DNA from: an uncultured virus (IMG/VR IMGVR_UViG_3300017721_001070)
Lineage: Duplodnaviria; Heunggongvirae; Uroviricota; Caudoviricetes; Kyanoviridae
Reading direction: 5' to 3' (one strand)
Virus record (IMG/VR): IMGVR_UViG_3300017721_001070
DNA length: 64,000 bases
The notes beneath the pieces are model-generated. The model was not told where the DNA came from, searched no databases, and saw only the letters and a list, made by a program, of their open reading frames with translations. Positions 17,474-25,850 of the stretch are shown here, piece after piece. The translations under genes were made by a program, and so were the position numbers. Within the stretch, counting starts at the first letter, position 1, and every line of letters begins with the position of its first letter.

Positions 17474-19642
17474 TTATGCAACAAGACTCATAAATTCGGA
17501 AAGAATCTTCTTATTCATCTTCTTACTCTTCAAACTTTTGATGAAAGCACTCTTAATTTGGGATTTAGTTGCAGTGGTGTTGACATCAAACTCAGTATTT
17601 TGAGACAAAGCATTTGCAGACATACCAAAGTAAGTTGTATACCCAACGTTTTTCATAGAAAAACTACGATTCTTTTTCCAAATATACTCTGCCTTTTGAT
17701 ATTCATCATTAGTCAGATACATTTTCATAAACTTACTAGCTTCTCTTGTTGCCAGAATACGGATACCAATAAAGTTAGTATTTGAAAAACGATCACGAAG
17801 ATTGTTAAGTAGAACACTAGTAAACTCATGATATCCATAACCAAAAGAATAAGTTCTTCCAAGTTTTCGATCACGCAAGAAAGTGGAACCAGGGATAACT
17901 GAACGACATCCAATATATCCTTCAATATTATTACGATAATTAATCTTAACATGACGATGTAGTTGTGAGGCTTCACCATCTGTCAAGATAACACATTGCA
18001 CTTTTTGCAATTTATTTTCTTTCTGGAAGTTTGGAATAATTTGATGTAAACAAACTATTGCCTCGTTCAAAGGAGTTCCAGAAAGAGAAACTTGAGGGGG
18101 AATGGAATAATTTGAACAGTAAGTGTATTGATATGCAATTCTCCAAATATTCAAAACACAAGATTCAAACTTAGAATTCTTGATTTTACTGCTAAGAATA
18201 TTCATAAGATTAAAATCTTTCACAATCTTAAAAATGTCTTCTCTAGGTTCATAACTATATTCTGGAAAAACTGGTTTGTTAGTTTCGGTATAGGTCACAT
18301 GAGCCCAGTTATTTGTAAATGCATAAACCTCAAAGGGAATATTTACTTTTTTACAGAACCAGACAAGATTCATCAGTTGCTTAAAAGTATCAAGCATAAC
18401 ATTACCCATAGATCCACTCCAGTCCAAGATAAAAATCAAACCATGATTCTTACCATCAGCAAGAGTGGTTACTTTGCTGAAAAGATCTTCATTGTACTTG
18501 TAAGTATGAAGTTTGGAGCAATCAAGAACACCAGTGCGAGCAGTGGTAGCGCGAGCATATGAATCAGCAGCTTTCTTACATTCAAACTCCTTTACAAGAT
18601 AGTTGACTTCTTTCTGTCCTGATTTTTTAAATCTTCTAAACGCCAAATCTGCATTTTGGAAAACATTCTCATATGGGATATCATATTTGTTAGAACGCTC
18701 TATACTAATATTATTTTGTTCTACCCAATAAGATTCAACGTAAGAGTGATACTTATCATAATCAATAATTATATTATCAAGATTCAAGTTTGGAATCTCA
18801 ACATAAGTGTTTTCATTATATGGATTGTCATCTACAAGGTCTTGAAGGTTTTGCTCTAGAGCAGAATCAGTTTGAGATTTTGGCTCGTTATTCTCATCAC
18901 TATTGTAACTTGGAGTATCAAGATCTGCAGGATCTGGTGGTTCTTTATCTTCATTAGGATCTACAAAATCAGAAGTGGTATCAAGTTGACCATCTTCTTC
19001 AGAGTCGCTATCAGAAAAACATTCTCTCCCATCATTATCAACAGAACTCCCATCTTGAAGTGGAGATTCTGGTTGCATTTCCTGTTGATTTTGTTGGGAT
19101 TTGCAATATTTGTAAATTTTCTCTGATACATCAAGAACCTGATCAAAAGTTTCAGTATCAGCAACTAGTTTTACAATTTCACGTTCATCAAAATTATTAA
19201 AAGAAATATCTACAAAATTACCAATCTTAAAATAAAGGTTGATTCTATCGACAAGATTCATTGTATCAACATCTTCATTCTCAATGTCAAAGAAATCCTG
19301 ATTAGATAGTTCACAATATCCCTTATAGAAAGTTTTTAGGAGACCACCATACTTTCGTTTCATAAGTTTCTCAACGCGAACATCTTCAACGATGTTTACA
19401 AATGATGGAGGAATCTTTCTATCATTACTCCAATCAATATCAGGTGTAAACAGTGCATGACCCACCTCATGCCCCACCAGAAGATCGTATATGGCGTTAG
19501 ACGCCTTCTCCCACATAGGGAGAGTCAAAACCCTCGTATGGACGTTAAAGCAGGCAGTATGAACGTTTTTATGCTCTACAACCAGATCTTCAGTAGCAAG
19601 CAACTTGGCAAGTTGAGATTTGATTTCGTGAGAGACAGCCAT
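17474..19642 (-). CDS. Metallopeptidase-VWA domain protein (CobT-like partner of CobS)
   Basis: HEVGH, NIVEDVRVE, acidic linker, MIDAS LDWSGSM, GTPL, ILTDGE; start re-called at MAVSHEIK. Confidence 0.88.
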   Translation of the reverse strand: MAVSHEIKSQLAKLLATEDLVVEHKNVHTACFNVHTRVLTLPMWEKASNAIYDLLVGHEVGHALFTPDIDWSNDRKIPPSFVNIVEDVRVEKLMKRKYGGLLKTFYKGYCELSNQDFFDIENEDVDTMNLVDRINLYFKIGNFVDISFNNFDEREIVKLVADTETFDQVLDVSEKIYKYCKSQQNQQEMQPESPLQDGSSVDNDGRECFSDSDSEEDGQLDTTSDFVDPNEDKEPPDPADLDTPSYNSDENNEPKSQTDSALEQNLQDLVDDNPYNENTYVEIPNLNLDNIIIDYDKYHSYVESYWVEQNNISIERSNKYDIPYENVFQNADLAFRRFKKSGQKEVNYLVKEFECKKAADSYARATTARTGVLDCSKLHTYKYNEDLFSKVTTLADGKNHGLIFILDWSGSMGNVMLDTFKQLMNLVWFCKKVNIPFEVYAFTNNWAHVTYTETNKPVFPEYSYEPREDIFKIVKDFNLMNILSSKIKNSKFESCVLNIWRIAYQYTYCSNYSIPPQVSLSGTPLNEAIVCLHQIIPNFQKENKLQKVQCVILTDGEASQLHRHVKINYRNNIEGYIGCRSVIPGSTFLRDRKLGRTYSFGYGYHEFTSVLLNNLRDRFSNTNFIGIRILATREASKFMKMYLTNDEYQKAEYIWKKNRSFSMKNVGYTTYFGMSANALSQNTEFDVNTTATKSQIKSAFIKSLKSKKMNKKILSEFMSLVA

Positions 19643-19664
19643 TAGAAGTGTTGGATATGGAAGT

Positions 19665-19720
19665 ACTATACAAAAGAACCTCGCTTTTTGGGCGAGGTAC
19701 TGTGACAGTTTGAGAAGTGG
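19665..19720 (-). promoter_or_regulatory. 21-bp dyad motif, hairpin and -10 TATAGT upstream of the VWA-peptidase gene
   Basis: CCACTTCTCAAACTGTCACAG (19720-19700); ACCTCGC/GCGAGGT stem; TATAGT at 19670-19665. Confidence 0.65.
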
Positions 19721-19721
19721 C

Positions 19722-19988
19722 TCAAGGCAGTGATGTTGCCAATTGGGGACTTTCATTGAGTAAATGATTATCCTCTAGGAAGTGTAACACGTCTTTCAGA
19801 CCACCAAGATGCTTGGCACCAATAGCAACCTGAGGATATGTTGCCTCAGGTCCGAACTCTGATTCAAATGCCCTTTGAGAAAAGTGTTCGTTAAGTTTGT
19901 ATTCTAGGAATTCACCACCTAATGATTTAAGTAGTGAGGTCATACGCTCACACTCTTGACTACCGTTAGAATAAATTACTGCTTGCAT
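19722..19988 (-). CDS. Glutaredoxin-like protein (monothiol variant)
   Basis: VIYS..SQEC, TYPQV, HLGG. Confidence 0.8.
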   Translation of the reverse strand: MQAVIYSNGSQECERMTSLLKSLGGEFLEYKLNEHFSQRAFESEFGPEATYPQVAIGAKHLGGLKDVLHFLEDNHLLNESPQLATSLP

Positions 19989-20179
19989 GTGTCTTCTTTG
20001 TAAGTAATTGTGATTTGTTTGTATACTTCATCTCGATTGTCGCTGTTATAAACATTACATCGTTCGATCTTAGCATCTAATATATTCACTACATTATCTA
20101 GTTGGTGTTCAACTATAAACTTTTTAAACCCATCATCCATCCAAGATTTATTAGATCCTGGTGTGTTAAAATCATCCAT
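19976..20179 (-). CDS. Hypothetical protein
   Basis: 67-aa coupled ORF. Confidence 0.7.
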   Translation of the reverse strand: MDDFNTPGSNKSWMDDGFKKFIVEHQLDNVVNILDAKIERCNVYNSDNRDEVYKQITITYKEDTCKQ

Positions 20180-20454
20180 TATTCAATACCTTTAGGAAAG
20201 TCTTCAATCTCAGTCAGTTCATAATCCCAGTCTTCCATGACTGTATTAGCGTAGAAACGATCAGATAGCATTTTTAGTTCCTTCTCAGCATACTCTCGGC
20301 TCTCTGCTTCCAACCAAATATCAATCACCTTACCAAGTCTAAGTTTCTTGATATCCAACTCAGACAATCGTCTACTACCATCTCTCACAGCATTACCAGG
20401 AGAGTCATCCACTTGTGATCTTAATCGGATGAATACTAATGCTTTAAACTTCAT
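20179..20454 (-). CDS. purS: Phosphoribosylformylglycinamidine synthase subunit PurS
   Basis: F.A.V.I.LR..V.D..G.AV, LRLGKVIDI, ANTVMED(W). Confidence 0.85.
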   Translation of the reverse strand: MKFKALVFIRLRSQVDDSPGNAVRDGSRRLSELDIKKLRLGKVIDIWLEAESREYAEKELKMLSDRFYANTVMEDWDYELTEIEDFPKGIE

Positions 20455-20768
20455 GCTTTCTCCCTCTCGTCAAGTGCCTCATGAATAATTTGTTTCAGTT
20501 CAATACGTTCTTCTGGTGTAAAGATTGTACGAATTTTCACTGGCATGGGATCATAACTACTTGGTTTCTTTGATTTACCAGGAAGACTCATTCCTTGTGT
20601 GTCAATTTTGTCCATTATTCTTCTTCTGAAATTAAATGTTACCCAACAGGGCTTGCATAAAGAGTTTTCGTATTTGCCCTCGGTAGGGACATAGCATCCA
20701 AGTTGAGGACATTGATTCGCTGGAATCATGCTACCACACCTAGAGCATTTTGTCTCCCACATCTTCAT
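20451..20768 (-). CDS. Hypothetical protein with N-terminal CxxC...CxxC
   Basis: 105-aa ORF; possibly a fusion of two small ORFs. Confidence 0.65.
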   Translation of the reverse strand: MKMWETKCSRCGSMIPANQCPQLGCYVPTEGKYENSLCKPCWVTFNFRRRIMDKIDTQGMSLPGKSKKPSSYDPMPVKIRTIFTPEERIELKQIIHEALDEREKA

Positions 20769-21064
20769 AATGTTCTCTCTAACCTATTTGTTGCTTGATC
20801 TGGGAAGTCCCTAGGACGACTATCAGCAGCATTATCAGTCTTAGGAGAGCCTTCATTTGCCTTCATAGTATGCTGATAGTTTGCTCTCGGATATCTGATA
20901 CAGAATGGATCAGGCATCCAATAAGTAACTTGCCATTCTTGTTCAGGACACAATTCAAGATGTTTCTCTACTGTATGAGAGAAAATCCCAATTTGAATAT
21001 ACCCATCATGACTGACACATCTACCATTACCAATGTCAACCAGGAATAGCATCTTACTACTCAT
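20765..21064 (-). CDS. Conserved cyanophage hypothetical protein
   Basis: 99-aa ATGA-coupled ORF. Confidence 0.8.
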   Translation of the reverse strand: MSSKMLFLVDIGNGRCVSHDGYIQIGIFSHTVEKHLELCPEQEWQVTYWMPDPFCIRYPRANYQHTMKANEGSPKTDNAADSRPRDFPDQATNRLERTL

Positions 21065-21192
21065 AGCACTTTTTGCTCTGGGTTGAGGTTTTTTACGAAT
21101 TGCACAGGATCCTTTTCTGACTTATGAACCCAATGATAGCGCATCATCTCAAAAATAGGGTCCCATGTCGGGATACAGACATAATCAGTCAC
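21061..21192 (-). CDS. Small hypothetical protein
   Basis: GTG start re-called at the overlap with the upstream stop (MTDYVCIPTWDPIFEMMRYHW...). Confidence 0.65.
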   Translation of the reverse strand: MTDYVCIPTWDPIFEMMRYHWVHKSEKDPVQFVKNLNPEQKVL

Positions 21193-21499
21193 GTTGTCTC
21201 CAATCTTCACTGCGGTCCTGTCGAAACCAGTCTTTGATGTCATCAGCACTATCGAATCCCGTTTTATGATTGGATGGGTCGGGATCACCTAATCCCATCC
21301 TATTCAGAAAATCGTCAGTACTACCTTCCTCAATCTTATATGTGATTTGACGACGTGCCATTTTCAACATCTCATTAGCAGTGGTATTGGCCTTTGCTAA
21401 TTTATTTGCCCAGATCATGTCATCTAGTTTTACCTCTTCACCATTGGCAATACATTTACAGATAAATTCTAAGCGCAGTCTGTACTGTGTAGAAAGCAT
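21185..21499 (-). CDS. Conserved cyanophage hypothetical protein
   Basis: MLSTQYRLRLEFICKCIANG...GLGDPDPSNH...DWRQRD; TAAATA upstream at 21521-21526. Confidence 0.85.
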   Translation of the reverse strand: MLSTQYRLRLEFICKCIANGEEVKLDDMIWANKLAKANTTANEMLKMARRQITYKIEEGSTDDFLNRMGLGDPDPSNHKTGFDSADDIKDWFRQDRSEDWRQRD

Positions 21500-21523
21500 A
21501 AATCTAAGTCACATCTTAATTAT

Positions 21524-23233
21524 TTAGACTATTCTACTAAAACCTTTTACCTTGTCAAATCTAATGACTTGTTCAAATTTATCATACAAACCTTCTTTGT
21601 GAGAGATTACAAAAATGTTTGCATCCTTGATGACATATCGAATAATTTTTAGGAATTCTTCAGTACCAAATCCGTCTAGAGAACTATCAAATACTTCATC
21701 CATAATAAGGAGATTCGTATTTACAGAGTTTCTAGCTCTAGCAATTTCTCGCCAAGTGAAGAGAAGTGCAAGGTCAATACGCATCTTCTCACCTTCACTA
21801 AAAGAAGAGTAAGTAAACTTATCGTGGATTGGTGACTGTACCGTTTCATTAAACTCTTCATCAAGTTGGAAATTGATGTAGAAATCCATCATCCTCAAAT
21901 AACGATTTACTTGCTGATTAATAAGAGGCAAATACTTTTTTATAATCTGTCTCTTAACACCACCGTCTTTGAGAAGTGAAAACGCAAAGTCATAATAACT
22001 TAACGATTCTTTATGCTCACTAAGATCAATATAGAGATTATCTAAATCTGTTTGAAAAGAAACTAACTTGTCATTTTCAGTATTTCGGTTTTCAAACTGA
22101 TTGGTAATTGTTTGAATTTCACATTCAAGTTGGCTGACTTGTCTCTGAAATCCAGATATCGTTGAATTATTTGTAGATATCTCATTATTGAGGTTAATGA
22201 TCTCCTTACTAATTTTTTTAAATTGATGCTCTCGTTTTTCCTCTTCTTTGATTGCTTTCTCCAGTTCTTTGTAACCAGATTGCAATTCTTTTGCTTTGGA
22301 TTGAGCATCCTCAATTCTATTTAACCGAAACTCTTCTTCTATATCCTGTTCACAAGTTGGGCAAACCGTATGTTGAGTAAAGAATTTATGTTCTTTTGTA
22401 ATTGTAGATACCTTATTAGAAATTTTACCTTTAAGATTTCCCAACTTACGTAGTTTATCTGAAGCTCCATCAAACCCCGTAATTGCAGTTTGAAGACCAT
22501 TTGCATCATCAATTAGATCCAGATTCTTTTTAGTATATTGACCAACCTCTTCCATGATTGAATCAATACTTTCTTTCTTCTTACTAATATTTTCCTTTCC
22601 TCTATTTTCCAGTTCGTCAATAAAATCTTTTTGCATCTTGATCTTATCAATCATTGCATCTTTTTTGATTTCAAAAATTTTTGTCTTCTCCCTAAAGACT
22701 TTTATCTTCTCTTTAATAAGTCCATTCATTGCAGAGAAAATTTTAATATCTAGAAGATCTTCAATGACCTCTCTACGATGTCCACTAGACAACTGCATGA
22801 ATGGCACAAAAGTGCTACTTCCCAGGATTACAACCTGAGTGAATGATTTATGATTCAGTTTTAAAATATTATCTTCTAAAATTTTCTGGTTTGCTCTATC
22901 ATCTGCTTCTTTATGCAGAGTCTTACCATCAACTTCAATATCAAAGACATTTGGTTTCATTCCACGCCGAATGAAATATTCTTTTTTACCAACGCTAAAG
23001 CTTACCTCAACTAAACAATTCTTTTCATTGACAGTATTAACAAGTTGTGGTTTATTAATTTTCCTGAATGGTTTATTAAATAATGCAAAAGTTAAAGCAT
23101 CGAGAAGAGTTGACTTTCCAGAACCATTTGATCCAATAATTATCGTATTATTAGAATCCGTGAAGTCAATATTTGTCCATTGATCGCCAGTTGAGAGAAA
23201 ATTCTTCCAACGAATATTTTTAAAAAGAATCAT
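21524..23233 (-). CDS. gp46: Recombination endonuclease ATPase subunit gp46 (Rad50-like)
   Basis: GSNGSGKS, CPTC zinc hook, FSEGE signature, MDEVFD, ISH. Confidence 0.97.
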   Translation of the reverse strand: MILFKNIRWKNFLSTGDQWTNIDFTDSNNTIIIGSNGSGKSTLLDALTFALFNKPFRKINKPQLVNTVNEKNCLVEVSFSVGKKEYFIRRGMKPNVFDIEVDGKTLHKEADDRANQKILEDNILKLNHKSFTQVVILGSSTFVPFMQLSSGHRREVIEDLLDIKIFSAMNGLIKEKIKVFREKTKIFEIKKDAMIDKIKMQKDFIDELENRGKENISKKKESIDSIMEEVGQYTKKNLDLIDDANGLQTAITGFDGASDKLRKLGNLKGKISNKVSTITKEHKFFTQHTVCPTCEQDIEEEFRLNRIEDAQSKAKELQSGYKELEKAIKEEEKREHQFKKISKEIINLNNEISTNNSTISGFQRQVSQLECEIQTITNQFENRNTENDKLVSFQTDLDNLYIDLSEHKESLSYYDFAFSLLKDGGVKRQIIKKYLPLINQQVNRYLRMMDFYINFQLDEEFNETVQSPIHDKFTYSSFSEGEKMRIDLALLFTWREIARARNSVNTNLLIMDEVFDSSLDGFGTEEFLKIIRYVIKDANIFVISHKEGLYDKFEQVIRFDKVKGFSRIV

Positions 23234-23490
23234 TATGTTACGGGTGGGATTACGAAATCATCTGAACTAATAATAGTATAACCAATGTTGTTTGTTACAC
23301 AAGTTTTTATGGCTAGTTCTGGATCAATTTGTACAGTTTCTATGTGTTCGGCATCTTGATCATGCAGCATCATAGCATATCTTTCAGCATCATCTTCATC
23401 CTCAAACAGAAACAAAACCTTTTCTCTACGTTTATTGAAGACAGCATATGCTCCTTCTTTACCTTTGGTTTTTCTGAGGAGCATGTACAT
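23233..23490 (-). CDS. Conserved hypothetical protein
   Basis: EGAYAV...LFLFEDEDDAERYA; between gp47 and gp46. Confidence 0.8.
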   Translation of the reverse strand: MYMLLRKTKGKEGAYAVFNKRREKVLFLFEDEDDAERYAMMLHDQDAEHIETVQIDPELAIKTCVTNNIGYTIISSDDFVIPPVT

Positions 23491-24539
23491 TAATCAACCT
23501 CGCAAGCAGACGTATAGACTTTTTCTAAAATTGATTTTAGTTTTGACACATTTAGACTACATTCAGATTCATCAATATATCTATTCAAAATGGAAAGTGT
23601 GTTTTCCGTATCATCGTCTGTATAGTCTTCACTCTGATAGAACCCATTAAAATCGAAGTTTTCTACAATCTTAAGATCATTTACTCCAGAGTTATAAAGT
23701 TTATCAATAAACTGATCAAATTGTCTGTGGTTTGTTTTTTTGTTGACAATAACCTTTACAATTTTATCTTCATAGATGTCAGATTTAAATGTCTGATGAG
23801 GAGTATCTGAATATGGAATTATATAGAAAAGTCTATGTGGGTTATTGACTGGACTATGTTCTAGAGTTTCAGTATCAAAGATGTGAAATCCTCTAGTCTC
23901 CTCAACATCATGCCAATAGATTTCATATGGATTGCCAAGATAGTAAATATTATCTTGAAAGTTTCTGTGATGATAATGGCCAGAGAAGACTTTTTCAAAC
24001 TTTGAATATTTTATTTTATCTTCTCCATGATCACAAATATATGTTTTGTTAGCATAGAATCCTCTCATTTCAAGATGCCCAAAAGCAATCTTCGCATTTG
24101 TTCTATGCATGAGATCCATAGTTTGAGCACGATTCTCATCATTTATCCATGGGATAAAAAATGCTTTTAACTTGTCAAGTTTAATTTCCGTGGGACTTCC
24201 ATAAACAACAACGTTATCATACTCTCGTAATAGAAGATCAACAGAGTTAATGTCGTTAGTATCCTTGTAATACGCTGTATGATTTCCAACAATTGTATGT
24301 ACAGTGATCCCCATATCACGGAGACGATCATAATAGTTCGTTTTAGCCCAATCAAGAGACCAAAAATCAATCCCCTTACGAGTATCGAAAGTGTCACCCA
24401 TATCGATAACAGTATCGATTCCTTCTTTTTTGAGGGTTGGGAAGAAGATGTCATCGTAGAATTTTTTGAAGTAGTCATGAAGATTTTTGTTTCCCTTTCT
24501 AGCTCCAAAGTGCTGGTCAGTTATGATCGCAATTTTCAA
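23490..24539 (-). CDS. gp47: Recombination endonuclease nuclease subunit gp47 (Mre11-like)
   Basis: DQHFG, GDTFD, GNH, GHLE, SGHYH; TTG start. Confidence 0.97.
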   Translation of the reverse strand: MKIAIITDQHFGARKGNKNLHDYFKKFYDDIFFPTLKKEGIDTVIDMGDTFDTRKGIDFWSLDWAKTNYYDRLRDMGITVHTIVGNHTAYYKDTNDINSVDLLLREYDNVVVYGSPTEIKLDKLKAFFIPWINDENRAQTMDLMHRTNAKIAFGHLEMRGFYANKTYICDHGEDKIKYSKFEKVFSGHYHHRNFQDNIYYLGNPYEIYWHDVEETRGFHIFDTETLEHSPVNNPHRLFYIIPYSDTPHQTFKSDIYEDKIVKVIVNKKTNHRQFDQFIDKLYNSGVNDLKIVENFDFNGFYQSEDYTDDDTENTLSILNRYIDESECSLNVSKLKSILEKVYTSACEVD

Positions 24540-24796
24540 AGTTTAACTCCCATAACAGCAGAATTCACAACACGAACACTACCTTCTGGCCACCCTTCTT
24601 GCTCACACTTTAGGTGCCATCTTGTCATTATAATAACATTATCTTTATGCATACCTGTTAGCATCTTTCTGCCTTCTTTGGTTTCTGATGACCACATACC
24701 GTATCTGGTTTCCCATACACGAAAACAATCATCAATCCATTCGTAGTTGTTTTCTTCTCGACGTTGTGCTTCATCCAGCATTTCTTCGTGAGTCAT
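24536..24796 (-). CDS. Hypothetical protein
   Basis: 86-aa coupled ORF. Confidence 0.75.
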   Translation of the reverse strand: MTHEEMLDEAQRREENNYEWIDDCFRVWETRYGMWSSETKEGRKMLTGMHKDNVIIMTRWHLKCEQEGWPEGSVRVVNSAVMGVKL

Positions 24797-25299
24797 CGGT
24801 TCATTTTTGTCTGAATGTTTTCCTTAATCGTATTATAGTCTGAACTGTCCCTAGAAAGCAAGCTGTTGTCAACCGCCATTACTTCTGAGAATCCAGATTT
24901 TTCAATGATGCGATTCTTGATCTCTAGTTGCTTTTTCTCTTTTTGAATTTTCCGAAGAAATGCAAAGTGAATAATCTGAGTAAAATATGCAAATGGGTTT
25001 CTTGACTTTTCTGGATCAAAGTTTCTAACATATTGAACACAATTCTCAATACCATCAGAGATCATGTCCTCTTTAAACATATAGTTAACAAAGTTTGGTT
25101 TATGTGCCAGATGGTCACCAATCTTTTTAAAGCAAGTTCCAAGGTATTCATGAGTTTTCCTAAAGTCCCTTGATTCTATCAAGAGATCTTTTTTTGTTTT
25201 TCCTTGTTCCTCAGCCTGGGCGAGATATTCTCTGTACTTGATAATGTACTCAAGAAACTCTTTGTTATTCACATAGTGCTCAGATTTCTTACGTGGCAT
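24793..25299 (-). CDS. gp55: Late transcription sigma factor gp55
   Basis: HYVNNKEF, NFVNY, DMISDGIENC, NPFAYFTQI; start re-called at MPRKK. Confidence 0.96.
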   Translation of the reverse strand: MPRKKSEHYVNNKEFLEYIIKYREYLAQAEEQGKTKKDLLIESRDFRKTHEYLGTCFKKIGDHLAHKPNFVNYMFKEDMISDGIENCVQYVRNFDPEKSRNPFAYFTQIIHFAFLRKIQKEKKQLEIKNRIIEKSGFSEVMAVDNSLLSRDSSDYNTIKENIQTKMNR

Positions 25300-25323
25300 T
25301 ATTGTTACTCTTTTAATGTTTAA

Positions 25324-25352
25324 ATTATAACATAGAAACAAAGGCTTGACAA
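25324..25352 (-). promoter_or_regulatory. Sigma70-like promoter for gp55 (TTGTCA-N17-TATAAT)
   Basis: tgacaa at 25347-25352, attata at 25324-25329. Confidence 0.75.
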
Positions 25353-25374
25353 CTAGTGAAATATTCTGTAGACT
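25346..25374 (+). promoter_or_regulatory. Divergent/antisense sigma70-like promoter (TTGACA-N17-TAGACT)
   Basis: ttgaca at 25346-25351, tagact at 25369-25374. Confidence 0.55.
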
Positions 25375-25409
25375 CTGGCTTGTCAAGGGTAAAGAGAAAT
25401 AATATAGCT

Positions 25410-25850
25410 CTAAGAGTCTTTATTATCTAAATCTTTAGAGTCTATTTTATAGATCTTTTCTAAGTTTCTTTTTGTTTCTTGAACAGATCCTAAAAATCCC
25501 ATCTTTCTACTGACATCCTTAGTAGATTTGGTTTCATCTAGTTCGTCTTCATCTGTGTAGTCTTCTCTTGATTCAAGAAAATCCTTATAGAAAGAAATCA
25601 TTTCTTTATCAAAAAGTTCTGTCATTGTAATAACTTTTGATAGTCGTACAAAGTAAACACTTTCAGTAGAGGTTTTTAGCCAGGGTTCTACTCTTACATT
25701 TGTATGAATACCTTTTTGATCAAAAGAAACTGTAATTGGATCTTGTATGATTAAAAATGGATCATCTGGATTAGAGTCGTCAACCATCATTATACAGATA
25801 ATTTCCTCACCAGATACCAGTTTTATACTCGCATAAAATTCGTCTTCCAT
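25410..25850 (-). CDS. Conserved hypothetical protein downstream of uvsW (possible Sm-like fold)
   Basis: FYASIKLVSGEEI, EPWLK, KMGFLGSV. Confidence 0.85.
   Translation of the reverse strand: MEDEFYASIKLVSGEEIICIMMVDDSNPDDPFLIIQDPITVSFDQKGIHTNVRVEPWLKTSTESVYFVRLSKVITMTELFDKEMISFYKDFLESREDYTDEDELDETKSTKDVSRKMGFLGSVQETKRNLEKIYKIDSKDLDNKDS

Noticed and set aside
19643..19756. 38-aa N-terminal extension of the VWA-peptidase in the ORF track
   Set aside because: It runs through a promoter and hairpin; the protein-like sequence starts at MAVSHEIK
25300..25386. Extended gp55 start at a TTG
   Set aside because: The TTG is part of a TTGACA element; the conserved N-terminus is MPRKK
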